Assembly (NCBI GenBank): GCA_950097015.1
Contig: CATNEN010000038.1
Coordinates: 6,262,001-6,326,000, forward strand
Direction of reading: 5' to 3'
DNA from: Macrostomum hystrix
Taxonomy: Eukaryota > Animalia > Platyhelminthes
DNA: 64,000 bases
Shown here: positions 24,622 through 35,429 of the stretch, in pieces
Layout of the letters: every line of letters starts with the position of its first letter
How positions within the stretch are numbered: position 1 is the stretch's first letter
Position numbers and translations under genes: made by a program
The notes under the pieces: generated by a model
Told to the model about the DNA's origin: nothing
The model's database searches: none
Seen by the model: only the letters and a program-made list of their open reading frames with translations

Positions 24622-24748
24622 CGCCCGGAGCTCGCTGATTGGTTGCGCCCGGAGCTCGCCGATTGCTTGCGCCCGGAGCTCGCTGATTGGTTGCGCTCGG
24701 AGCTCTCTGATTGGTTGCGCCCGGAGCTCGCTGATTGGTTGCGCCCAA
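24622..24748 (+). repeat. 3' UTR minisatellite, 24-bp unit CGCCCGGAGCTCGCTGATTGGTTG, ~5 copies
   Basis: Begins at the base immediately after the FoxO stop codon. Confidence 0.9.
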
Positions 24749-25597
24749 TGTGTTGTTTAGGGTTTGTTTAATTGTTTGCGTTGGGAAACTCAAATTCGTC
24801 TCGTTTCAAACGTGTTGAAGACTTGAAGTGGTCTAGAGTATTGTTTTGGATTTCAGTTTTTTCGACTTGCCTTATTATGGGAATAGAATCAGGATTCTAG
24901 TTAGTATGTATATTGGCTAAAATAACTGTGTCAAGCAAAATATCTCATTTGTACTTTTATCGTGTCATCTTTTGTAAAATTTTGCAAATACTCGTATTTG
25001 CGAGAATCGGTGAATTCTTTAAATTTACTATTGTGAATAGACAGTTTTGCGCATATTGTTTCTGGCATGTAAAACTGTTCTGTATGACCAGCCGTCTGTT
25101 TTAGCCTCTACCAACCCAGCCACTCAATAGCCTGTCTTCAAAGCCATTGCTATATTATTTTCATTAATATTTTTGTCATAGTTTTCCTTCTTACTATTGC
25201 GAGTTGCGTAAAGTTGGTTATATTTTTGTGTGTCCGTCTTGTGCTCCTTTAGATTTTTCTGGCGCCATCGACCCGCAACCTCCGCCAGCCCAGTTTTGTG
25301 CCATTCGCCTTTCTGTTTTTCTTTGTGTAGAGCCAGTAAAGTCCACCAGTTTTTCTTTCTGTTGCACCGTTCACTTTGGACTTTATTTACATGTTTTGTT
25401 AGACTTGCACTACTGTTAGTAGCTTATGTGTACTGATCGATTTCTGTACTTAATATTTCTGGCCAGTTGATAACCGAGCGGCCCTAAACTTGACAAAGCG
25501 TTAATAAAAGCCCCATTTTTATATAATGAGCATCTCTTTCACTGTCTTTATCTTCCATTCTCTCTCGGGTTTTTCCGTCTCGACCGTCTTTCACTAA

Positions 25598-25849
25598 TGA
25601 TTTGATTGAATTGATTACACCTGTCCTGATTGGGCCATGTGCAGTCCATGTGCAGCGCACCTGAATGCTGCTTACAGCTGTTCAGTCCATGGACTGGGGG
25701 GACGCTACACCTACCCTCAATCACCCCAGCTGATGCTGGTACCAATTTAACAGCTTGCTAAATGGACACAAATCTTCTAACGTAGTCGGGAATCGAACCT
25801 CGACCTTCAATTAGTGAGTCCGACGCTCTAGCCACTAGGCTACAGACCC
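25598..25849 (-). mobile_element. tRNA-derived SINE family A, near full length
   Basis: Minus-strand head GGTCTGTAGCCTAGTGGCTAGAGCGTCGGACTC...GGTCGAGGTTCGATTCCCGAC with A and B boxes, then a body and a simple-repeat tail. The body (CAGTCCATGGACTGAACAG...CAGGTGTAATCAATT) recurs at ~27055-27150 (-) and ~63210-63350 (+). Confidence 0.8.
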
Positions 25850-26467
25850 TAGTATCACTAATGGTACTCATCAATAGTCACGTGATCTTTGGCAGCCTAG
25901 ATCTTCGACGGCCAAAAGCAACACCGACAGTTGCCACCCATGACCTATATTTAGAGAGCCTGCTCAGAAAGGTTGAGACTCTGTGTGACCCTTAAATGTT
26001 GATTTGTTGCCAGTCAAACTCGAGCTTAATTAATCACTATGTTGTTTCGTTATTTTTTCTGTCACGTTTTTTGTAGGTGCTTTGAAAACTAACCAAAGGG
26101 TTTATTATATTTTTCTGACGATTTGCTAAACTTCACTTGTTTTAGATTTTAATCTCACACCCTTTTTTAGTTAATTAGCTTACCGTCTGAGTCTATTACA
26201 CTTGATCTCCCCAACAAGGCACGCCAATACACACGCACACTTACCTGTTTTAAGCGCCAATGTTATTGAATTGTTTGAGTTTTCATTGAGAGAACAATAA
26301 AAAAAGAAGCAGAGACTGGGGTAAGCTAGATTCAGTGACTGAGTGACAGCCAAATCATGGCCGTGATAATTTTCTTTTTCTTAGTTTCAATCGATTACTA
26401 TTGACTGATAATGATCTGGCTCTTATTAACCTATCAACAGAAGTCCAAAGCATCTAATCATCTAAGC

Positions 26468-27045
26468 ATCTTATCAGTTCACCTGGTATCTTATCTACTC
26501 ACCAGGTATCCTATCAGTTCACCGGGTATCTTATCAGTTCACCTGTTGTCTCATCAGCTCACCTGGTATCTTATCAGCTCACCTGGTATCTTATCAGCTC
26601 ACCTGGTATCTTATCAGCTCACCTGGTATCCTATCAGTTCACCGGGTACTTATCAGTTTACCTGTTGTCTCATCAGCTCACCTGGTATCTTATCAGTTTA
26701 CCTGTTGTCTCATCAGTTCACCTGGTATCTTATAATCTCACCTGGTATCTTATCAGCTCACCTGTTGTCTCATCGGCTCACCTGGTATCTTATCAGCTCA
26801 CCTGTTGTCTCATCAGCTCACCTGGTATCTTATCAGCTCACCTGGTATCCTATCAGCTCACCTGGTATCCTATAAGCTCACCTGGTATCTTCTCAGTTTA
26901 CCTGTTGTCTCATCAGCTCACCTGGTATCTTATCAGCTCACCTGGTATCTTATCAGCTCACCTGTTGTCTCATCAGCTCACCTGGTATCTTATAATCTCA
27001 CCTGGTATCTTATCAGCTCACCTGTTGTCTCATCGGCTCACCTGA
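26468..27045 (+). repeat. Minisatellite, 20-bp unit TTATCAGCTCACCTGGTATC
   Basis: About 29 copies, each carrying CACCTG or a variant. Ends ~400 bp upstream of the Wnt5 ATG. Confidence 0.96.
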
Positions 27046-27424
27046 GATCTCAACTAATTATAATTGATTACACCTGCCCCGATTGGCTCAGATGTGCAGC
27101 CAGTGGTATCCGAAGCCTTTATACTCCTACAACTGTTCAGTCCATGGAACGCCACTCCTTCGTGGGCGCCACTCCTGGCCTCCTAATCATTGCAATGTCC
27201 GTTCGTTAGTCGGCGCACCGTATGAAAGATGTATTTGTCCCATCTCAACTGTTAAGGTATACAGTTTTCTTTTTGCACGAATATCCACCATAGCAGTGTT
27301 GCTTAAAACAGTTCTCATTGGCTAGTTGCTGAGTTGTCTGTGTCCATCTTAAGAGCCATTTAAACTTGCGAGTTCACAAAGATGCTCTTAAAATTTAATA
27401 AAGCGAGAACAATTGGCGTGTAAA

Positions 27425-27430
27425 TATAAA
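27425..27430 (+). promoter_or_regulatory. Possible TATA box of Wnt5
   Basis: TATAAA ~30 nt upstream of the predicted ATG at 27461. This would imply a very short 5' UTR, so it is uncertain. Confidence 0.25.
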
Positions 27431-27460
27431 GTCCACAGACTGGTCACGCTGCCGTCATCG

Positions 27461-30400
27461 ATGCGGATCAGATTGATTTGGCTGTTGGCTACTCGTCTGA
27501 TCTGCTGTCTGAGCTGGCTGTTGACTTTCAGAGCTTCGCTTTGTAGTAGCGCTGGTACCTGGTGGTAAGTTGTATCAGTATGTATGACTGGAAAAGCAAC
27601 GATTTATATAGTTTTGAAGTTGTTAAGAACAGGAAAAATGGTTAATAAAATGTGCGCTCCATTTAAGTATCTTAAATCAAAGTCTTTCCGACTGGCGTCG
27701 TTTATTGTCTATGGCATTTTTCCCTGAAACTGCGTTCAATAATTTAACAAGCCATAGATGTTAAAGACCATCAGTTTCATCGAATTAAACTAAAAATCCG
27801 TTCGAATTCCCTCTTATCATAAAGGGATTACATACTTATTGAAGTCGTCTGATTGTAGCCAATCAGAAGTAGCAAAGTGATCATGCGTACACATGGACTC
27901 AACGGATATTTTTAATGTACTTTAGGAACCTGGGCCATCTGGCCTGGCGTTCGACAATACTCGGCGCCAAAGACAGTGGCATGAGCGGTGTCGAAGTTTG
28001 CGCCAGCGTCGCCGGCCTGTCGGCCAGCCAGACGCAGCTGTGCCGGCGGCACCTAGCACTCATGCCGGCGGTGACCGACGGCCTACGGCTCGGTGTGCGC
28101 GAATGCGGCCGCCAGTTCAGCGGTCGCACCTGGAACTGCGGTGCGGACGGCGTCGATGGAGCCGCCTTCACGCTGGGCATTGCCGCCGAAGACAGTGAGT
28201 GAAGACATCGTCTCCTCGAACTCCTCCACCGACTCGTCAACCAACTCATTCACCGGCTCTTCAACCAACTCCTCCACCGAATCGTCAATCAACTCATTCA
28301 CCGAATCGTCAATCAACTCATCCACCGAATCGTCAATCAACTCCTCCACCGACTCGTCAACCAACTCATTCACCGGCTCTTCAACCAACTCCTCCACCGA
28401 ATCGTCAATCAACTCATTCACCGAATCGTCAATCAACTCATCCACCGAATCGTCAATCAACTCCTCCACCGAATCGTCAATCAACTCCTCCACCGACTCG
28501 TCAACCAACTCATTCACCGGCTCTTCAACCAACTCCTCCACCGAATCGTCAATCAACTCATTCACCGAATCGTCAATCAACTCCTCCACCGAATCGTCAA
28601 CCAACTCATTCACCGAATCGTCAACCAACTCATTCACCGAATCGTCAACCAACTCATTCACCGAATCGTCAATCAACTCCTCCACCGAATCGTCAATCAA
28701 CTCCTTCACCGAATCGTCAACCAACTCATTCACCGAATCGTCAATCAACTCCTCCATTGAATCGTCAACCAACTCCTCCACCGAATCGTCAACCAACTCA
28801 TTCACCGAATCGTCAATCAACTCCTCCATTGAATCGTCAACCAACCCCCTCCACCGAATCGTCAACCAACTCCTCCACCGAATCGTCAACCAACTCATTC
28901 ACCGAATCGTCAATCAACTCATTCACCGAATCGTCAATCAACTCCTCCACCGAATCGTCAACCAACTCATTCACCGAATCGTCAATCAACTCATTCACCG
29001 AATCGTCAATCAACTCCTCCACCGAATCGTCAACCAACTCCTCCACCGACTCCATAACTCTATACCATAACTCTAAAGTTGCAATGGTATTCACAATCTG
29101 CTCCAAGCAGTAGCAGTTAGATTTGGTGAAAAAATGTCAGAAGATTGAGGCTGTTCAAAAGCCGTGCAGCTCTGAGTATATCTGACAGCTGTTCCAGTGT
29201 GGAGTGGCTACTTTTTCCTTCAGGCTTTTTCATCTCCTCTGCGGTGATGCTCACCAGGCTGTCAAAAGGTACCCCGGTCCAGAGAAGTCCAGCGGGTGTC
29301 CCAGCGGGTGTCCCAGCGGGTGTCCCAGCGGGTGTCCTGTCAGCTCAGCTGCTTGCCTACGGAATGCATCTTCGGTAGCTCAGAGAGCGCGGCTGGGGAG
29401 TTCGCACCATCCATTTAACACTTCAACACTTCGGCGTGCGAGTGCAGCTCGAGTGGCAAGGAAGACGAAGACGAAGAGAGCTGCCCCCATGGAGTCGGAT
29501 GAATTCTCATACCTTGTTAGACAAGCGCGGCTGCTGTGGTGTTACCAGCCCTTCTAATCTCACCTCAATCATAATAGAGGACCACAAAGCGAATGCGCTT
29601 CAATGTGTCGGGAAAGAGGCTGCAAAGAAAAACACAGGAAACGCTAATTAACTGGAAAGCGAATTCAAATTGCTGTCCCTTTGATTCGTTATGTGCATTT
29701 GTCTGCAGTTCTGTAAAAACTAAACTTATGTAATTATGTAGTTTGTATGACCTCTGGTATGTAGATTTAGGACCTTGAGGGCCAGTCTACAAGGCAGAAA
29801 GTCAGGGCAGATGAACACACCCTGTGTGAGCGTGTGTACTCGTACAGTATCTGTGTGCTCAGGCCGACATGATTGTACCTGTGCCGAGTCATCTAACTAT
29901 CAGCGCTGAAATAAATTAACCTATGTGGACTCCAAGCAGCGATTGGTTATTCCCTCCCAGTGACTCGCGAGGCGGCCTTCGCTCACGCCATCACAGCTGC
30001 AGGCGTCGTGCACGCGGTCGCTCGGGCCTGCCGACAGTCCGCCATCGACTCGGAGGAATCCGAGCGCTCGAACGAGATGGGCGGCATCGGCTGCGGCTGC
30101 TCGACTGCACTGAGGCCGAACAGCCTGCAGCGCGACTGGCTCTGGGGCGGCTGCGGCGACGATCTGCGCTTCGGCTACAGTTTTGCACGCACTTTCATCG
30201 ACGCTCGCGAGACGGAGGGCAGCCATCCGAGGCGGAGCGCCAGGCTGGCCAAGACGCTCATGAATCTTCACAACAACGAGGCAGGCCGTCGGGTGGGCAT
30301 TATTTGAGTTCATTTCGATGGCCTTTTGAGTAGTTTTCGAATTGCCAAAGTCAAGGCTTCGCCACTACCACCGACCCCCCAGGCCGTGTTCAACAGCGCC

Positions 30401-30862
30401 GAGGTGGCCTGCAAGTGCCACGGCGTCTCCGGCAGCTGCTCTCTGCGCACCTGCTGGCAGCAGCTCGGCCAGTTCAGCCGTACAGGAGACCGCCTGCTGG
30501 CACTCTACGCTGCAGCCGATCTGGTGCAGCTGGACACCCGTCGGGGCACTCGGCTGCGTCGACTCCGGCGACGTCGTCAGCGTCGGTGGAAGCCGAATCC
30601 AGGCGGGCTGGTGTTCCTGACTGAGTCGCCGAACTACTGTCTGCCGGACCCGAGCCGCGGCCTGCCGGGCACCCGCGGTCGACGTTGCTCTCTAGACCGG
30701 CCGAGTGGAGGGCCGTACAGCTGCTTGAGCTTGTGCTGCGGTCGCGGGTTCGATTCCCGGCTAGTCAGATCCGCCGAGCAGTGCCACTGCCGGTTCCACT
30801 GGTGCTGTCGGGTGCGGTGCGACTGGTGCCCCGTGACTAAGCTGGTTCACGCGTGCAAGTGA
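27461..30862 (+). CDS. Wnt5: Wnt ligand, Wnt5 subfamily, 394 aa
   Basis: Exons 27461-27564 (signal peptide, ends TG|GTAAGT giving WW), 27926-28194, 29961-30292, 30383-30862 (1185 nt, phases consistent). Motifs [62 protein letters not shown] and CHCRFHWCC fit Wnt5. Confidence 0.92.
28205..29052 (+). repeat. Intronic minisatellite, 24-bp unit CACCGAATCGTCAATCAACTCCTC, with 120-bp higher-order blocks
   Basis: About 35 copies starting ~10-20 nt after the Wnt5 intron-2 donor (28195). Explains the S/T-rich and D/E-rich ORFs here. Confidence 0.96.
29289..29338 (+). repeat. 12-bp tandem repeat CCAGCGGGTGTC, 4 copies
   Basis: Directly visible in Wnt5 intron 2. Confidence 0.85.
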
Positions 30863-30867
30863 GGCCC

Positions 30868-31665
30868 TGTGTGACAGGTGACACTCCTGAGTGACAGTGA
30901 CGCTCATATTTGACAGACGACGCTATTGAGTGACAGGTGACACTGCTGTGTGACAGGTGACACTTCTGTGTGACCGGTGTCACTTATAAATGACAGGTGA
31001 CACTCATGAATGACAGGTGTCACTCATGAATTACAGGTTACACTTCTGTGTGACCGGTGTCATTTATAAATGACAGGTGACACTCATGAATGACAGGTGT
31101 CACTCATGAATTACAGGTGACACTCATTGTGACAGGTGACACTTCTGAGTGACAGGTGACACTTCTGAGTGACAGGTAACACTGCTGTGTGACAGGTGAC
31201 ACTACTGTGTGACCGGTGTCACTCATGAATGACAGGTGACACTCATGAATGACAGGTGACACTCATGAATGACAGGTGACACTTATGAATGACAGGTGAC
31301 ACTTCTGAGTGACAGGTGACACTTCTGAGTGACAGGTAACACTGCTGTGTGACAGGTGACACTACTGTGTGACCGGTGTCACTCATGAATGACAGGTGAC
31401 ACTCATGAATGACAGGTGACACTTCTGTGTGACAGGTAACACTGCTGTGTGACAGGTGACACTACTGTGTGACCGGTGTCACTCATGAATGACAGGTGAC
31501 ACTCATGAATGACAGGTGACACTCATGAATGACAGATGACTCTTCTGAGTGACAGGTGACACTTCTGTGTGACCGGTGTCACTTATAAATGACAGGTGTC
31601 ACTCATGAATGACAAATGACACTGCTGTGTGACTAGTGACACTGCTGTGTGACAGGTGAAAGTTC
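30868..31665 (+). repeat. 3' UTR minisatellite, 20-bp unit TGACAGGTGACACTCATGAA
   Basis: About 40 copies starting ~5 nt after the Wnt5 stop codon. AATAAA follows at 31864. Confidence 0.96.
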
Positions 31666-32089
31666 TGTCTAGGAGGTGTTTTTCCTGTCTAACAGGTAAT
31701 GCTTCTAACAGGTGGTGCCCTGTTGGCAGTTAGAAATGTAGAATAAGGCATTTTGATCTTTCAATGCATCAATGTATCAATGTACATCAATGCATCAATG
31801 TACATCAATGTATCAATGTACATCAAGCATTGTGATATCGGGAGCTACCTCGTTTAATCATCCAATAAAATGTAAATTGTTGACAACTGTTAGATGTTTG
31901 CCATCAAGTCAATTGTTGATATAAAAATATTGAAATCATGACTTCAATACCATTTCGTAGAATCATTTTTTTATTTGTCACTTTCCTTCAGTGAATTCAT
32001 AATTGCTTCCCTTCATTCAGATCAATATGAATTTATGTAGAAAATATAATTTTTTAACTCATCAACTCCGTCATTCGAAATCACGATGC

Positions 32090-32830
32090 AATAGTCCCGA
32101 TTCAATGGTCCCGATTCTATAGTCCCGATTCTATAGTCCCGATTCTATAGTCCCGTTTCTATAGTCCCGATTCTATAGTCCCGATTCTTTAGTCCCGATT
32201 CTATAGTCCCGATTCTATAGTCCCAATTCCATAGTCCCGATTCTATAGTCCCGATTCTATAGTCCCGATTCTATAGTCCCGATTCTATAGTCCCAATTCT
32301 ATAGTCCCAATTCTATAGTCCCAATTCCATAGTCACGATTCAATGGTCCCGATTCTATAGTCCCGATTCTATAGTCCCGATTCTATATTCCCGATTCACT
32401 AGTCCCGATTCTATAGCCCCCATTCAATAGTTCCAATTCTATGTCCCGATTCAATGCGATTCTATCGTCCCGATTCTATAGTCCCAATTCACTAGTCCCG
32501 ATTCAATGGTCCCGATTCTATAGTCCCGATTCACTAGTTCCAATTCTATAGTCCTGATTCAATGCGATTCTATAGTCCCGATTCTATAGTCCCGATTTTA
32601 TAGTCCCGATCCTATAGTCCCGATTCTATAGTCCCGATTCAATAGTCCTGATTCAATGGTCCCAATTCAATAGTCCCGATTCTATAGTCCCGATTCAATA
32701 GTCCTGATTCAATAGTCCTGATTCAATAGTCCTGATTCAATGGTCCCAATTCAATAGTCCCGATTCTATAGTCCTGATTCAATAGTCCTGATTCAATATT
32801 TCCAATTCAATAGTCCATATTCCATAGTCA
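32090..32830 (+). repeat. Minisatellite, 14-bp unit TAGTCCCGATTCTA
   Basis: About 52 copies abutting the stop codon (32839) of the minus-strand Cys-loop gene. Confidence 0.96.
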
Positions 32831-32838
32831 TATCCCAG

Positions 32839-34703
32839 TCACATCATCCGCTTAGTCAGCGGAGTGATGACCATGCACACGCAGACGTTAGTCGCTGTCA
32901 GTCCTATGTACAAACACATCATAAACACGTCCTGGGGTCGAGCTGTGGCCCGGTCTGACTCCGAAGGACCTCGGCTTAGGCGCAGATTTCTCCAGATGGC
33001 GCAAAAGGTGAAGACGATAAGCATGGCCATCTGCACGATGATGTAGATACCCAGCAGAGGGATTGTCTGCATGGACTTCGGCGAACTCGAACTCGTGATC
33101 ATGATGTAGAGGGTCATTGTGAGCAGAATGGCTATGGACGTGTTCACTCGATCGCCGGGCGTGTCGGCTAAGAAGACTAGACAAGCGGTGATTGACAGCA
33201 TGAAGAACGGAAGCACTATGACGAATAGGTAATAGTATGGCTTGCGACGAAGCTCAACACGGACCTCAAAGTAGTCCCAGATCTGCTGCACATTGTCGTC
33301 GTAGTACTGCCTGTGGAGATGTGGAAATTGTGTTTATGGTGCACATCGTGAAAGTGGAAAATGGTTCATTGTCAAACTGAAAATGGTTGGTTGTCAAGCG
33401 GAAGATTGCTGGTTGTCAAGGGAAAAAAGTTGGTTGTCAAGCAGAAAATTGTTGATCTGTCAAGCGGAAGATGGTTAGCTGCTAACAGTAGGACTACCAA
33501 GCCATTTTGCCGCCCGTTTTTATACCAAGGGGAATTATTTACCTTGGTCAGAAGGGGAATCTGCTCGCAAGGGGAATTATTCGCCCCTGACCATTTTTTT
33601 GCTGCGCCCGAACGAACGAACGAACGACGCGAGCAAACGAAACTCAAGAACACGGGCCAACTTTTTGTTGCGCATCTTCTGAAACAAGAACCAAGTCGCC
33701 TTCAGACCGTCGAGATATTCAACGGTTCTGATCGAAGGTCAGATTTTTCCCATAAGCGCTAGTGTATTTCATGCACCCCTATACACGAATTATCACTGCA
33801 CCTCAGTGCGGCCTTGCCAGGGCTTCAAACTTTATCAGCACGTCACCCGAATGTGCCTGCATCATCTCCGACTTCGGTGGTCACCGGCCTTTATCTAGAC
33901 GGACTATTGAATTCGTTAATTGCCACTGTGACAAAAAATGTCAAGGGGGAAATTCCCCCCCTTGGTTGTTCTACTTTTAAGGGGAAGATGGTTGGTTGTC
34001 AAGCGCAAGATGGTTCACATGGCAACGCTCACTTGGCGTGAATGCCGAATCCCACCAGATCCCATTCGCTGACAAACTTGGAGATGTTGGCCATGCGGAT
34101 ATTGTCAGGCGGCAGGTGGATGCCGTAGCTGCCCCTGTAGCTGGTCCACGGGCCGAACTGGAAGTCGCAGGTTTGCGAATCGAACGGGAAGTAGGTTACG
34201 TCGATGGGACAGGCGACGTTCGTGACCAGGTGATAATAGGTGTACACTGTGCCATCTGGATAGACCAGCGCCTCCAGCGCATTCATCAGACGGAAGTCGA
34301 ACTGGTTCTCCTTCTTGGTGTTGCTCAGGCCGACATCCGGCAGCCAGATCTTGTCGGCGGGCAACTTCAACACGCCCAGGCCGGAGCAGTTCCAGGCCAG
34401 GCGGAGGTCCCGCCAGAGGAAGGCCGCCCAGACGCCGATTTCAAGAATCTCGTGCTCGTCCAGCCCGTAGAACTGCAAGATCTGGAAGCTCATGTTCACC
34501 CGGAAGCTGCTGTTAGCGCCAACGCCTGGCTGCACAAAGCGGCCGGAGTCACCGTAGGAATTCAGCAGCCGAGTCACCAGCTGGGATGTCCGTTGCTCGG
34601 AGCTGGCACTGACAGCCTCGTCACAGGAGCTGACTAAGCTACTACCGACTGCAGGTTCCATAGCAACCGCGGTCAGGATAATTGCAAAAATACGGACCCA
34701 CAT
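32839..34703 (-). CDS. Divergent Cys-loop ligand-gated ion channel subunit (nAChR-like, non-alpha), 380 aa
   Basis: Exons 34703-34033 and 33310-32839 (AA|G junction, 1143 nt). Signal peptide; W.D.RL.W; IWLPDVGLSN; Cys-loop CPIDVTYFPFDSQTC; FGPWT; pre-M1 LRRKPYYY; four TM helices; IPLLG before M3. Confidence 0.92.
33486..33976 (+). mobile_element. Non-autonomous DNA-transposon-like element in the Cys-loop gene intron
   Basis: Longer copy of the 7473-7840 repeat. Imperfect TIRs CAGTAGGACTACCAAG and CTTGGTTGTTCTACTT, flanked by CTAA/TTAA. It interrupts a degenerate TGGTTGTCAAGCGGAAGA tandem array present on both sides. Confidence 0.75.
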
Positions 34704-35429
34704 TTTGTCGTTAATTCAAGTCAGCGATCTTATCCTGACCTCTGCAAGTCTGAAATAGAACTTCAGATTCACCCTACTGCCTGCCATGATCAGCTAGCAA
34801 GCGGTGATTGGCTGCTGCTCGTAAGTAAGATTTGCTGTTGGTCAAATAACTCCGTAAGGTTTCCTGTTTTTTTTGTCAGTTCTAACTGTCTGTTCTAACT
34901 GTCTGTTCTGACTGTCTGGTCTCGCTGGTTAGAAGTGGTGCCCTTCCAAAGGATGATCGGTTTGTGCTAGCAGTAAAATTAGATAAAATTTTTCCCAATT
35001 TTATGGTTCCACAGACATTAAAAAGATTTTTTCACAGACCGTCCAAGCACGCCATGACTAAAATGTCAAAACGGATTCGCTAGTGACATTTTTGACCGAG
35101 CTAGCTGAAATCTTCGAGTTCTTGTCTATAAGCTTTGTTTTTAACACCCCAATGAACACGGTGTAAACAATGTCAAGTGCATTTTGCCTCAGTCAACTGA
35201 GGGTATGTCGCTGCAGTTTGAAAAGCTTAAACTAATTCAATTAGAAAAATACAGTTTTCAGTGAAGGATCAGTGACAAAACTGTTCATTGAACGCGTACC
35301 GCTACTTTCACTACTAACAGTACGAATGAAGGGAAAATTGTCAGAAAAAATATAATTTTCAACTTAACTTTTGGTATCAAATGCTAAAGTTTAAGCGAAT
35401 TGGAAGCATCAAACCCAAATCCGGAAGAA

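Noticed and set aside
25780-25849. tRNA gene
   Set aside because: A and B boxes are present, but I could not form a proper acceptor stem or see a T-run terminator, and it continues into a multi-copy body with a tail, so it is a SINE head. The same applies at 58971.
28083-29113. Mucin-like S/T-rich and acidic repeat ORFs
   Set aside because: They come from a 24-bp array inside Wnt5 intron 2; the flanking exons join in frame without it.
22961-30862. FoxO-Wnt5 linkage as an ancient conserved cluster
   Set aside because: I know of no established conserved linkage and cannot test synteny from this window.
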